Source: a virus
Lineage: Duplodnaviria; Caudoviricetes
IMG/VR virus record: IMGVR_UViG_3300028833_000110
Coordinates: 31,832-95,831 of that record
Length of the DNA: 64,000 nt
Direction: 5' to 3' (one strand)
This document shows positions 1-8,882 of the stretch, piece by piece. The stretch's first letter is position 1. Every line of letters begins with the position of its first letter. The notes under the pieces were generated by a model, which was not told the DNA's origin, did not search any database, and saw only the letters and a list, made by a program, of their open reading frames with translations. Made by a program: the position numbers and the translations under genes.

Positions 1-1
1 T

Positions 2-238
2 TACTTCTTCATGTTGGAGGGTTGTAAGTCTCCGACACAAATACGAGGTTTTCATAACGAGAATTTGATCCCGGAATTATTTGCTCACCGAAAAGTCATG
101 GAGGTTTTAGCAAATACCACGATGGTAGAGTCAACAGATGGACAATTATCGGGCCTTGGGTTTGATGCCACTGTTCGAGATGAGTTGATTGTGAGACTTA
201 AAGGATCACACAGTAGAGTATTAAAGATTCAATTTTAA
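2..238 (+). CDS. Conserved phage hypothetical protein, C-terminal part (5' truncated by window)
   Basis: Open frame from position 2 (YFFMLEGC...QLSGLGFDATVRDELIVRL); typical phage protein composition. Confidence 0.7.
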   Translation, partial: YFFMLEGCKSPTQIRGFHNENLIPELFAHRKVMEVLANTTMVESTDGQLSGLGFDATVRDELIVRLKGSHSRVLKIQF

Positions 239-254
239 CCAAAAAAATAATATT

Positions 255-641
255 ATGTACAAAAAAGCTGCACGTTTAAAATTAAGATTTGATACCCCTA
301 AGGGTGCACTCTCAGTCGAACAACTCTTCGACTTGACTATGACAGAATTATCTTCCCTGATTAAGAAGACTAATGCCATTGTAAAAAAAGAAAAGTCGGC
401 TGCTGAGGATGACGACCTGGCATTCCTCGAAGGCAAGGATAATGTGGAATCCTTGAACTCCCTCAGATTTGGAATTCTGAAGGATATATATCTAACCAAG
501 AAACAAGAGAGGGATGATGCCGCAATCGATCTGGACAAGAAGCAAAAAAGACAACGAATTGCAGAGATCATTCAGAAGAAAGAGAATGAAGCATTAGAGA
601 ACCTGTCAATCGAAGAGCTTAAGAAAAAGCTAGAAGAATAA
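255..641 (+). CDS. Conserved phage coiled-coil protein (RLKLRFDTPKGALSVEQLFDL)
   Basis: 128-aa ORF, A-rich start context, followed by terminator. Confidence 0.8.
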   Translation: MYKKAARLKLRFDTPKGALSVEQLFDLTMTELSSLIKKTNAIVKKEKSAAEDDDLAFLEGKDNVESLNSLRFGILKDIYLTKKQERDDAAIDLDKKQKRQRIAEIIQKKENEALENLSIEELKKKLEE

Positions 642-659
642 GGAGAGGTTCTTTAGACA

Positions 660-698
660 ATATTAGAGAGAAATTAAATCTCTCTAATATTTTTTTTT
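660..698 (+). terminator. Intrinsic terminator
   Basis: ATATTAGAGAGA/TCTCTCTAATAT hairpin followed by T run. Confidence 0.7.
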
Positions 699-706
699 GC
701 TCTTTT

Positions 707-713
707 CCTTATA
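707..713 (+). promoter_or_regulatory. CCTTATA phage promoter-like motif
   Basis: One of about 27 intergenic copies oriented toward downstream genes. Confidence 0.65.
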
Positions 714-757
714 TATGACGTTAATTAAAAATAAAACACTAAATAAAAGAAATTCAT

Positions 758-1031
758 ATGGAGGATATACAGATATTAGAAAAATTAAAACGAATATATG
801 AAAGTTCTGACACTTCTGTACGAAAGAAACTTGAAAAAGAATTTCCTAATTTTTTTTAGTGATAATAGGGAGTGGAGTATTAATGACGTAAGAACCTGGA
901 AGTATATTATTAGTGATGTATTAACTTATGAGTCTGGTATTGGACAGTATCTTGATACATCTGAGGAATTAGCTATTCTTCTTAAGAATAAGTGGTCCAA
1001 AAGAATTTCTACTAATAAGATTGTGTCTTAG
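758..1031 (+). pseudogene. Hypothetical protein broken by one extra T in T8 run (850-857), or sequencing error
   Basis: ATG758 frame MEDIQILEKLKRIYESS...KKLEKEFPNFF stops at the T run; the +1 frame continues SDNREWS... Confidence 0.5.
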
Positions 1032-1040
1032 GAAGCATTT

Positions 1041-1475
1041 ATGGAAAAATATTTTATAGCATATTCTACCAATATTTGCATTAATTTTGAGGAATTACCT
1101 CTTATTGTAGGAGAGTTTAGTTCAATAAATGATGCTAAATCATTTATTGCTGACTGTGGTAGTAATATGATGCGCAATCCGGCTATTTTTAGTACTCCTG
1201 ATAATTTAATGGAGGAGGAATTAACTTGGGAGTATGTATATGCTCACTTATCCTGTGAAGATTTATGTAAAAGCTGTAGTCACTACTATCGTCGTGATGT
1301 GGCAGTATACTATGAAGCACACTGTGATATACTAGATAGAATGGGAAAATTGTTATCACAATCCGCTGTTCCATATCCTTGTTTAAAATGCCCATTTGAT
1401 AGTTATATTCCGAAGACAAACTTGAAAGAAATAAAATATCAAGATAATTTTTTTGGAGGATCGTGGGTTTTTTAA
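1041..1475 (+). CDS. Cys-rich hypothetical protein, paralog of 2574..2942
   Basis: Shared KYFIAY...IFSTPD...DLCKSC.H...HC.ILDR.GKLL...PCLKCPFDSY. Confidence 0.75.
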   Translation: MEKYFIAYSTNICINFEELPLIVGEFSSINDAKSFIADCGSNMMRNPAIFSTPDNLMEEELTWEYVYAHLSCEDLCKSCSHYYRRDVAVYYEAHCDILDRMGKLLSQSAVPYPCLKCPFDSYIPKTNLKEIKYQDNFFGGSWVF

Positions 1476-1505
1476 TGAAAAACATAATTAATAAGATTTA
1501 ATAAA

Positions 1506-2033
1506 ATGACAAAAGAAGAAAAATCATTATTAAATATTGTACTTCTAGAATTATTACCTTATAATACTAAGGTTGCAATAGATTTTAAAGAGTACCTAGA
1601 GTGGTTACCTAATGAACCATACAAAGAGAAACTAGAGTTTTGCCTTAAATACAAAGGAAAAACCATAGAAGATATATCAAAGGAGCCCCATATATTATAT
1701 TCATATCCGTGTGAAGGGAGATTTGGAATGCTTTGGGGATATGAAAACGATGAATATGGGGTACCGGTAGAGTTTATTAGACCATACCTTCGTTCAGTAT
1801 CTTCAATGACTGATAAAGAAATGTGCAAATTATTTGATATCCTTAAGATAGATAAAGACGGTAATGATGAAGATTGGATAAAAATAAATGATGCTTTAGG
1901 TATTGAGTTTTTCTTTCCTACTGGAAGATGGGTTGAGGATGTAATAGAGGCATATGATTACCTTAATTCAATTCATATTAACTATAGGGGCCTTAAACTA
2001 GCTTTAGAGGCTCCAAAAGATATGTATAAATAA
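1506..2033 (+). CDS. Hypothetical protein (PYLR..S.MT family), paralog of 2038..2484
   Basis: Shared PYLR..S.MT..E and Y.GL...LAL.A...MYK motifs. Confidence 0.75.
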   Translation: MTKEEKSLLNIVLLELLPYNTKVAIDFKEYLEWLPNEPYKEKLEFCLKYKGKTIEDISKEPHILYSYPCEGRFGMLWGYENDEYGVPVEFIRPYLRSVSSMTDKEMCKLFDILKIDKDGNDEDWIKINDALGIEFFFPTGRWVEDVIEAYDYLNSIHINYRGLKLALEAPKDMYK

Positions 2034-2037
2034 AAAA

Positions 2038-2484
2038 ATGATAGAAGAAAAGAAACAGGCCTTAATAAAAGTTCTTTATTCGGATTTACTAAATACTGAC
2101 AATCACCTATTAGTTCGATGGGATTCTGAGGATTATAATATTATTGCAATTGGTTGTGGCCGAGTAAGTTTAGTTAAACCATTTATGTCGGGTACAAACG
2201 GTTCTCCACAGATTGAGGAGGTCAAACCTTACCTTCGACCACTATCATATATGACAGAGAAAGAGGAGGAGGAACTTGGTAAAAAATACAACTTTAATAT
2301 TAATTCTGATAGTATTTCCATTAAGTATCATAGTGATGGGTGTTGGGATGATGATTGTCAACCTGGATTTGAAGATTACCGGTGGCTAGAAACCTGGTTA
2401 ATTATTCATAAATTCGATTACTTGGGTTTAATTAAAGATGGATTGGCATTAGTGGCTAAAAAAGGAATGTATAAATTTAATTAA
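2038..2484 (+). CDS. Hypothetical protein (PYLR..S.MT family)
   Basis: Paralogous motifs with upstream ORF. Confidence 0.75.
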   Translation: MIEEKKQALIKVLYSDLLNTDNHLLVRWDSEDYNIIAIGCGRVSLVKPFMSGTNGSPQIEEVKPYLRPLSYMTEKEEEELGKKYNFNINSDSISIKYHSDGCWDDDCQPGFEDYRWLETWLIIHKFDYLGLIKDGLALVAKKGMYKFN

Positions 2485-2573
2485 TCCATGCAATTAGTTA
2501 GTATAGTTCTTATAATATTATTTATTGGAGGACTTTCTAGTTATTTTTATATAATTAATAAGATTAAGAAAAA

Positions 2574-2942
2574 ATGAAATATTTTATAGCATATAACAAT
2601 GATGGTAAGGATTTTCAAGAATTACCTTGGATTGAGGGATCTTTTGACTCGGTAGATGATGTTAATTCATTTTATATGTGTGACGGTAATAAGATGAACG
2701 ATCCGGTTATTTTTAGTACCCCTGACATAATAGAGGAGCAAATAACATGGGATTATGTGCGTGAACATATGCCTGAGGATTTATGCAAGAGCTGCATTCA
2801 TTTTTGGGAGGATTTTCCAATGCCATTAGATCATTTTGAACCTCACTGTGAAATATTGGATAGAAAAGGGAAATTATTAACAAAGGATAACGTTCCTTTT
2901 CCATGTTTAAAATGTCCATTTGATAGTTATAAGAAAAATTAA
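2574..2942 (+). CDS. Cys-rich hypothetical protein, paralog of 1041..1475
   Basis: CxxC...CxxC motifs shared with paralog. Confidence 0.75.
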   Translation: MKYFIAYNNDGKDFQELPWIEGSFDSVDDVNSFYMCDGNKMNDPVIFSTPDIIEEQITWDYVREHMPEDLCKSCIHFWEDFPMPLDHFEPHCEILDRKGKLLTKDNVPFPCLKCPFDSYKKN

Positions 2943-2947
2943 TTAAT

Positions 2948-3493
2948 ATGATTGTAGATATTAAGTTACAAGAAAATGCCTTAGATAGACTTAGGCAAGT
3001 ATATATAGAATGTTTTCCAGAAGAGACTAAAGAAGATAGGGAGAAGTATCTGAAGAATGCTGTACCTATTCTTTATGACTACGATAGTGCCCGAGTTGAT
3101 GAGGGAATTTTTAGTTCATCTCAGGATATACACTTCCCCGAGATTATCGAAGGACTCGAAAATAAAGAACAAGTAGATTATGATGTCTTATTCTTTGATA
3201 ATTGGTTGGAGGATAAAGAACCTTATGGTCTTGCAGATAACATTGAGCAAATAAAAGAATATTTATCTCCATACTATGAAGATAAAGAACATAATTATTT
3301 TATCAGTGTATATAGAATTGATTGGCACCCGGAGGAGAATAAGGGTAAGACTGGGGGATTTAGACCATATAAGTGGGGACCTTATTTGGGAACCTATAAT
3401 CAAATAAATGAATGTGAATACTATGATGATTGTGAGTTTCCGGAGGATTATCAAGGATATGTTATATGCTTTCATGTTTATATGATTAATTAA
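2948..3493 (+). CDS. Acidic hypothetical phage protein
   Basis: 181-aa ORF; YGLADNIEQI and GFRPYKWGPYLG motifs. Confidence 0.75.
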   Translation: MIVDIKLQENALDRLRQVYIECFPEETKEDREKYLKNAVPILYDYDSARVDEGIFSSSQDIHFPEIIEGLENKEQVDYDVLFFDNWLEDKEPYGLADNIEQIKEYLSPYYEDKEHNYFISVYRIDWHPEENKGKTGGFRPYKWGPYLGTYNQINECEYYDDCEFPEDYQGYVICFHVYMIN

Positions 3494-3506
3494 TATAAAA
3501 AAAACA

Positions 3507-3953
3507 ATGGAACAAATAATTAATAATTTACTTGGTTGGACAACTTATAATAACGCAAAGAAATTAGTTGAAGCCGGTCTACCTAAAGAAACCGCTGATA
3601 TGTGGTATGATTTAATGGACGGAGATGAGCCAGAGGAAAAAATAGCTTGGGTAGAAGTAGATAAGTGGGCAGTGGAAAATTATGAAATCTACCCGTGTTG
3701 GTCATTAGGTAGTTTAATTAAGTTATTACCAAATAAAATTCTTGAGAATGATGAACTTGATATAAGAAGCTATCTAGTGGAAGATGGGACTAGATTCTAT
3801 CAAATAGCCTATAGTAAGAGAGGACATGATTCACTTAGTACGAGTGAGAGGGAATCGCTTATTGAAGTGTGTATAGAAATGATTCTTCATCTTTTAATTA
3901 ACAAAATGTTAACTCAATTCCCCTCAAATCCTTATAATTGTGAAAAAAATTGA
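3507..3953 (+). CDS. Hypothetical phage protein (AKKL.EAGLP.ETADM, PCWSL..L..LLP)
   Basis: 148-aa ORF in operon. Confidence 0.75.
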   Translation: MEQIINNLLGWTTYNNAKKLVEAGLPKETADMWYDLMDGDEPEEKIAWVEVDKWAVENYEIYPCWSLGSLIKLLPNKILENDELDIRSYLVEDGTRFYQIAYSKRGHDSLSTSERESLIEVCIEMILHLLINKMLTQFPSNPYNCEKN

Positions 3954-3985
3954 AACTAAATTAAATATTTAATTAGAAATAATAT

Positions 3986-4059
3986 CGCGGGGTGGACAGG
4001 AGAGGCTCCTGCTCGGTCTCATAAGCCGAATGACGCTGGTTCGAATCCAGCCCCCGCTA
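3986..4059 (+). tRNA. tRNA-Met(CAT), initiator-like
   Basis: CGCGGGG/CCCCGCT acceptor with C1:T72 mismatch; anticodon arm TCGGT-CTCATAA-GCCGA; GGTTCGAATCC T arm; no encoded CCA. Confidence 0.9.
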
Positions 4060-4076
4060 CTAATAAAATAACAAAT

Positions 4077-4292
4077 ATGAAAAAATTGTTATTAATTTTA
4101 ACGTTATTCGTTTGTTGTGGATGTAGTAGTAATACAGAACAACAGCAGAGTGAAAAAGTAATTGACATTTCCAACGACCAGCGGTTTGAGGTTGTCAGAA
4201 TAGGCAATCATCAATATATCTTATATCGAACTGGATATAAGGGTGGAATATGTCACTATCAAGACTGTGATTATTGTCATGGTCGACGTTAA
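4077..4292 (+). CDS. Small putative lipoprotein
   Basis: MKKLLLILTLFVCCGC signal/lipobox-like N-terminus; C-terminal GGICH..DC..C. Confidence 0.7.
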   Translation: MKKLLLILTLFVCCGCSSNTEQQQSEKVIDISNDQRFEVVRIGNHQYILYRTGYKGGICHYQDCDYCHGRR

Positions 4293-4368
4293 AAAAAGTG
4301 CATCCCTCATCAATAGGGAAGGCAATCGAGGGTCCTATAGGCAAGATCTTATGGGTCCCTTGCTATTC

Positions 4369-4453
4369 GGAAAGATGGCAGAGCGGTTGAATGCGGCGCT
4401 CTTGAAAAGCGTTGACCTGCGAGGGTCCGGGGGTTCGAATCCCTCTCTTTCCG
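4369..4453 (+). tRNA. tRNA-Ser(TGA)
   Basis: GGAAAGA/TCTTTCC acceptor, loop CTTGAAA, long variable arm, G73. Confidence 0.9.
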
Positions 4454-4464
4454 CAAATATAAAT

Positions 4465-4538
4465 TGTTCTGTAGGCCAGTTGGATAGACCGTCAGATTTT
4501 GGTTCTGAATGTCGCTGGTTCGAGTCCAGCCAGAACAA
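4465..4538 (+). tRNA. tRNA-Gln(TTG)
   Basis: TGTTCTG/CAGAACA acceptor; TCAGA-TTTTGGT-TCTGA anticodon arm. Confidence 0.9.
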
Positions 4539-4545
4539 CAACTAT

Positions 4546-4628
4546 GACTATGTGCGCGAGTGGCTGAAACGGGCGGTCTGCAAAACCGTTAGGGAAACCT
4601 CACGTTGGTTCGAATCCAACCATAGTCA
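4546..4628 (+). tRNA. tRNA with Cys (GCA) anticodon on a class II (Tyr-like) body
   Basis: GACTATG/CATAGTC acceptor, GCGGT-CTGCAAA-ACCGT, variable arm AGG-GAAA-CCT, A73. Confidence 0.8.
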
Positions 4629-4637
4629 CAGAAAGTT

Positions 4638-4763
4638 GGTGGCGTGAAGCAGATAGGATGTGCTACCAGAAGAATTAGTAGTCGTTTGAAGGTTGCTTGA
4701 GGATAAGTTTCAACCAAGACGAAAAGGATCTGGACTACGGTAGTTCGAATCTACCCACCACCA
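4638..4763 (+). ncRNA. tRNA-like RNA with a ~58-nt structured insert replacing the anticodon loop
   Basis: Acceptor GGTGGCG/CACCACC-A, D stem AGCA/TGCT, stem CCAGA/TCTGG, T arm GGTAG-TTCGAAT-CTACC. Confidence 0.7.
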
Positions 4764-4773
4764 CAACAATTAT

Positions 4774-4847
4774 CGGGTATTAGCGAAGTTGGTATCGCGC
4801 TTGGTTTGGGACCAAGAGATCGCAGGTTCGAGTCTCTGCATACCCGA
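4774..4847 (+). tRNA. tRNA-Pro(TGG)
   Basis: CGGGTAT/ATACCCG acceptor; CTTGG-TTTGGGA-CCAAG; one extra base in T stem. Confidence 0.85.
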
Positions 4848-4955
4848 CAATCTTCAACAAATCATGTTTTTTGTTTTAATAAATCCTTTCATACTTTGGT
4901 CATAATTTGTTTGTATTTGGAAGGTTATTAAAGCATATGTACATTGTTTTCTTCA

Positions 4956-4995
4956 GACACTGGGATAGTCTTCGGGCTATTCTGGTGTTTTTTTT
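4956..4995 (+). terminator. Intrinsic terminator after tRNA cluster
   Basis: GACACTGGGATAGTC-TTCG-GGCTATTCTGGTGTT plus T run. Confidence 0.75.
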
Positions 4996-5304
4996 ACCGT
5001 CTCAAAAACCCTTTAAAACTTTATATATGACATAGTTTTCAAGAAACCGGCCCACACACCTAAACACTTGATAGCCCTGAGGTGTAGAAACCTGAGTAAA
5101 AAGGAGGGCCGGTTTATTTTTTTTTCGTTCTAAAAGCATATTAAATCTCTATATATAGAGATTCATTCATTATTTGGGTTTTTATGTTAATAATGAAAAG
5201 CGTCGTGATGACGCTTTTTTTATTATTTTTCTCTTCTAAACCCCTAAAATCCTTATATATGAAATAAAAAAAAATCATAACACAAATAGAAAAACTGATG
5301 AGAT

Positions 5305-5379
5305 GGTCCGTTCGTCTAGTTGGCCTAGGACGTAAGATTTTCATTCTTAAAATCGCGGGTTCGAATCCCGCACGGACTA
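5305..5379 (+). tRNA. tRNA-Glu(TTC)
   Basis: GGTCCGT/ACGGACT acceptor; TAAGA-TTTTCAT-TCTTA. Confidence 0.9.
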
Positions 5380-5383
5380 CAAC

Positions 5384-5455
5384 GCTTTGGTAGCTCAAAG
5401 GCAGAGCGATTGACTGTTAATCAATAGGTTGGGATATCGTAATTCCCCCAAAGCG
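5384..5455 (+). tRNA. tRNA-Asn(GTT), atypical T loop
   Basis: GCTTTGG/CCAAAGC acceptor; ATTGA-CTGTTAA-TCAAT; T loop ATCGTAA. Confidence 0.8.
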
Positions 5456-5513
5456 CAAGTAAAATAGACTTAATCACTAGTTGTCTATTTTTTTTCTTTA
5501 CTTCCTTATATAT

Positions 5514-5813
5514 ATGTTGAATAAAAATTATATTGTTTTTAAAGAAAAGGGCTCTAGTTTTGGTCAGATAATCAACATCAAAGCTGGAAGACGTTATGTT
5601 TTAGTGAGAATTCCTAAAAAATATCTAACATCAAACGCTTTTAATTATATAGATAACGTGTTTTTGTTTTCGAATTTCGCAATGGTACCTTGGAATATAT
5701 TACAAACATTAGAATTATATGTATCCAATGGTGATATGGTTAATTTAGCTCAATATTTAAAACAAACTTACCTGTCTTTTAAAGAAGAGATAGGTTGGAT
5801 TTACGTTAAGTGA
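5514..5813 (+). CDS. Hypothetical protein
   Basis: ATG 3 nt after CCTTATA motif, in frame with 5481..5813 ORF. Confidence 0.6.
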   Translation: MLNKNYIVFKEKGSSFGQIINIKAGRRYVLVRIPKKYLTSNAFNYIDNVFLFSNFAMVPWNILQTLELYVSNGDMVNLAQYLKQTYLSFKEEIGWIYVK

Positions 5814-5861
5814 ATCCTCTTTTTTTTTCTTCGAGCAAAAAAAAATAAATAGAGCTCGTTA

Positions 5862-6080
5862 TTACAACGGGCCCTTAGAGAGTGTATTATTGTTTAGGTA
5901 TTTAATTTCGATCTCCTTAGGTTCAGATTTCCACGTTAATGATGCTAATCCTGGGAAATCTTTTCTGAGGGATCCAAGTTCCACACCAATCCAATACCCA
6001 AACTGTTCATCTCTTTTTGGTTTTTCTTTGAATATTGTTATGTCCTCTTCTGCTCTATCAACAGCTATCCAATATTTCAT
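5862..6080 (-). CDS. Small hypothetical phage protein (LTW..EP.E motif)
   Basis: Stop/start coupled to upstream ORF. Confidence 0.7.
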   Translation of the reverse strand: MKYWIAVDRAEEDITIFKEKPKRDEQFGYWIGVELGSLRKDFPGLASLTWKSEPKEIEIKYLNNNTLSKGPL

Positions 6081-6310
6081 AGTTTTATTATTTTTATACC
6101 TGCGTTCTTTAATATATACTCTCTTTTAGCTTGCTGGAGAAGTTTTTTTGCCTTTTTCCAGTCTTTTGTTTTATAGATATTTTTGGAGTAGATTCCTCCT
6201 AATTCGACTATTTTTTCTTTAATAAGGTACTCTGATGTAGAGATATCTTTAATTAGGTATATACTAAATTCAGCGTCTTGTCTAAGCCTTTTTAGAAGTT
6301 TTGCTTTCAT
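6077..6310 (-). CDS. Hypothetical protein (MKAKLLKRLR)
   Basis: ATGA-coupled operon member. Confidence 0.7.
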   Translation of the reverse strand: MKAKLLKRLRQDAEFSIYLIKDISTSEYLIKEKIVELGGIYSKNIYKTKDWKKAKKLLQQAKREYILKNAGIKIIKL

Positions 6311-6606
6311 TTTTTTACTATTTTTTTTACGACCTCTATTGATTCTTTTTTTAATTCTTCTAAATCGTCATCTATCCCATAATCTTTTTTAAGATTAATA
6401 CTAGTCCAGGATGCACAAATAAAATCTAAGTCCGTTTGATAGTCTCCAAAAAATCTAATAAGGGTAACACTCCAAGGATCCTTATGTCTCCAACGTAGAT
6501 AAATACAATAAGCTACGTTATCCTCTTTAAAATAGTAATAACATTGTGCAGGACAGTAATGAGCAATTTCGTCATACCATATATTGAGCTCTATTATTCC
6601 CGCCAT
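6307..6606 (-). CDS. Hypothetical protein (YLRWRH.DPW)
   Basis: Operon member; true start probably at MAGII. Confidence 0.65.
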   Translation of the reverse strand: MAGIIELNIWYDEIAHYCPAQCYYYFKEDNVAYCIYLRWRHKDPWSVTLIRFFGDYQTDLDFICASWTSINLKKDYGIDDDLEELKKESIEVVKKIVKK

Positions 6607-7084
6607 TGTATAATAATTCAGATCTTATGACACCTAAACATTTTCCCAGAAGATTTTTTCCTTTCCAGTTTTTTGGGTCTTCAATTCCAGGACTATTTTC
6701 TTCAAGTCCAATCCCCCAGATTCTATCATATGGGCTAGCTTCTACAAATGTCTGTGAGGTGTTTGTGAGAATGTCTTTAAATTCAGGCCAACACTCTGCT
6801 TTCATTCTTAGGGCTACTAACATTAAATCCTCTCTAACTACTTCCCAACTTTTTTCATTAAATCCACTTACTCTTCTTCCTATTTGTTTTGCTTCCTTAG
6901 GGGTTTTTGCATTCTCTATATCATTCATTGCAATTAAATCTCCAAAGACATGTGCTTTTAACCACATAAATAAGTGTTCAGAGGTTGGGAATGTTTTCTT
7001 TTGATATTTTATTCCACCAGGAACATTGGCCCAATTACTTAAAATTCCTCCCCAGAAAAATAGATAATCTTTTGTTTTCTTCAT
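6572..7084 (-). CDS. NADAR (YbiA-like) family protein
   Basis: FPTSEH..M..KA..FGD, AK.IGR.V..F, EASP.DRIWGIG, G.NLLG motifs. Confidence 0.9.
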   Translation of the reverse strand: MKKTKDYLFFWGGILSNWANVPGGIKYQKKTFPTSEHLFMWLKAHVFGDLIAMNDIENAKTPKEAKQIGRRVSGFNEKSWEVVREDLMLVALRMKAECWPEFKDILTNTSQTFVEASPYDRIWGIGLEENSPGIEDPKNWKGKNLLGKCLGVIRSELLYNGGNNRAQYMV

Positions 7085-7554
7085 AATATTCTCCTATCTA
7101 TTAACATTTCTTCAAGTCTTATCCAATCTACACAATAAGTATAGTAATTTCTAACTATTTCCCCATCGTAGTATCTTATATAGTCAATTTCGCTTTCTAT
7201 TCTAGGAATTCCAACACTTATATCATCTATAAGTAAATCCCCATGTAGTTTTCTAGTTGTTCCTAGAAATTGTTCTTCTCCATAATATCCATTAACTCCA
7301 GACAGTAATATATTTCGTTCTCTGTACCATCTTATAGCTTCTTCCAAGGAGGACTCATCTCTTAGTCTTCCTGGTTCATAGTAATTAAATGGATTATCTT
7401 GGGAATTATTTCTAGAAGTCCAAAGAACCAATTTATGACCATTTCTAATTAATCTATTTAGTACTTCGCAAACTCTAGGTGGATCTTCTAATGGACATCC
7501 GGGTTCTGGAAGTTGCCAATTACATGTTCCATCAAAATCTATAAGTATTATCAT
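7081..7554 (-). CDS. HAD-superfamily hydrolase
   Basis: IDFDGT motif I, LWTSR motif II, K..GDLLIDD motif III/IV. Confidence 0.8.
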   Translation of the reverse strand: MIILIDFDGTCNWQLPEPGCPLEDPPRVCEVLNRLIRNGHKLVLWTSRNNSQDNPFNYYEPGRLRDESSLEEAIRWYRERNILLSGVNGYYGEEQFLGTTRKLHGDLLIDDISVGIPRIESEIDYIRYYDGEIVRNYYTYCVDWIRLEEMLIDRRIL

Positions 7555-7780
7555 AATTAATATTCAATTTATCTCCTGGTCTTAATTTATAAGTAAACAT
7601 ACCCTCATTTATCGAAATAATAGAATCAACTATAGAATATTCATAGACACTTTCCCAATAGTCTATTAAATACCCGTTTTTGTCCACTATTTCGATATAA
7701 TAATTTCTAGAACAAGATGATAGTAAGTTTATAATAATTAATATTACTAATGTTACTGTTAATTTAATATGTTTCCTCAT
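7532..7780 (-). CDS. Putative lipoprotein
   Basis: Hydrophobic N-terminus ending LLSSC. Confidence 0.6.
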   Translation of the reverse strand: MRKHIKLTVTLVILIIINLLSSCSRNYYIEIVDKNGYLIDYWESVYEYSIVDSIISINEGMFTYKLRPGDKLNINYDNTYRF

Positions 7781-7829
7781 AAAAACAGAATAATATAGAG
7801 TCCGGTTGTATTTAGGATATTAAAAGGTC

Positions 7830-8882
7830 TTATTCAACCCTTCCAAATCTTATATTATTTTTAAATTCTTCCCAGTTTCTACTTCCTGACATTGTAAAAC
7901 CATAATTAAAAACATCATATAATCCCATTAGCCAAGATTCTAATGTACTGTTTATTTCTATCCACTCAGATTTAGCATCTACATAAGTGGTATTCTTGTC
8001 TCTACCCATTTTTTCTAAAGCCGAGTCTGTTGTATTTCCCATGTAGAATCTTTTCAACTTTAATTCCTTGAGTGGAGTGTCTTTTACTATATCTGGGGAA
8101 ACGCTTTCTAGAATTTCTCCTCCTTCGGGTGTTTTTATTTTTCTATAAACTGTTCCCGAAGCTTCTAATATTTTTACAAAGATTCTTCCACACATTACGT
8201 AGTCAGCACCAAGAGCTAGTGCTTTTAGAATGTCGGCATGTGAATAAATACCTCCATCTGCTATAATTTTAGTTTGATTTAGACCAATACATGCAGTGTT
8301 TTTTATTCCCACGACATCCATTAAAAGAGAGGCTAATGGAATATGAAATCCATATTTATCTTGAGAAATACATAATGACCCACTAGTCATCCCAACTCTA
8401 ACATAATCTATTCCGACTTTACAATATTCTGGATAGATCTTAGCATTTCCAATATTTCCAGCCATAATATTTATTTGCCTACCATATAATTGTCTTAATC
8501 TTGCACAAAGATCTAGTAGTTTAACGTCATGACCATTTCCACAGTCAATACAAACATGGAATTGGAATTGAGATAATCTTTTTCCTAATTTAATAAAATT
8601 ATCCTCAATTTCATTAATTCCAAATGCTGCAAATAAATATTGACATCCATCCAATCTTATATTTATTGGAATTGTTCTGGGCAATATGGGTTTTATGCCA
8701 GACTTTTCCCAGACTTTCCAGTTTGACATATTAATAATAGAATCCACTGGACTTGTAAAGATAGGAAGAGATACAGAGTTATCATTCTTATCTACAACTC
8801 CAAAATCAAATTTATCTTCTCTTCCATTGTTTATAGCACTTGGTAATAGTGCTATATCATTTAATTCTAAAAGTCTTTCCAT
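7830..8882 (-). CDS. IMP dehydrogenase/GMP reductase family protein (paralog 1)
   Basis: IDCGNGH, MAGNI, VRVGMTSGSLC, IIADGGI...DILKALALGADYVMCG. Confidence 0.85.
   Translation of the reverse strand: MERLLELNDIALLPSAINNGREDKFDFGVVDKNDNSVSLPIFTSPVDSIINMSNWKVWEKSGIKPILPRTIPINIRLDGCQYLFAAFGINEIEDNFIKLGKRLSQFQFHVCIDCGNGHDVKLLDLCARLRQLYGRQINIMAGNIGNAKIYPEYCKVGIDYVRVGMTSGSLCISQDKYGFHIPLASLLMDVVGIKNTACIGLNQTKIIADGGIYSHADILKALALGADYVMCGRIFVKILEASGTVYRKIKTPEGGEILESVSPDIVKDTPLKELKLKRFYMGNTTDSALEKMGRDKNTTYVDAKSEWIEINSTLESWLMGLYDVFNYGFTMSGSRNWEEFKNNIRFGRVE

Noticed and set aside
4638-4763. Calling the tRNA-like RNA a tmRNA
   Set aside because: Only 126 nt, has a D stem, lacks G3.U70 and a real tag ORF
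4019-5398. ORFs 4019..4207, 4243..4647, 4335..4541, 5141..5398
   Set aside because: They overlap tRNA genes and are shadow translations
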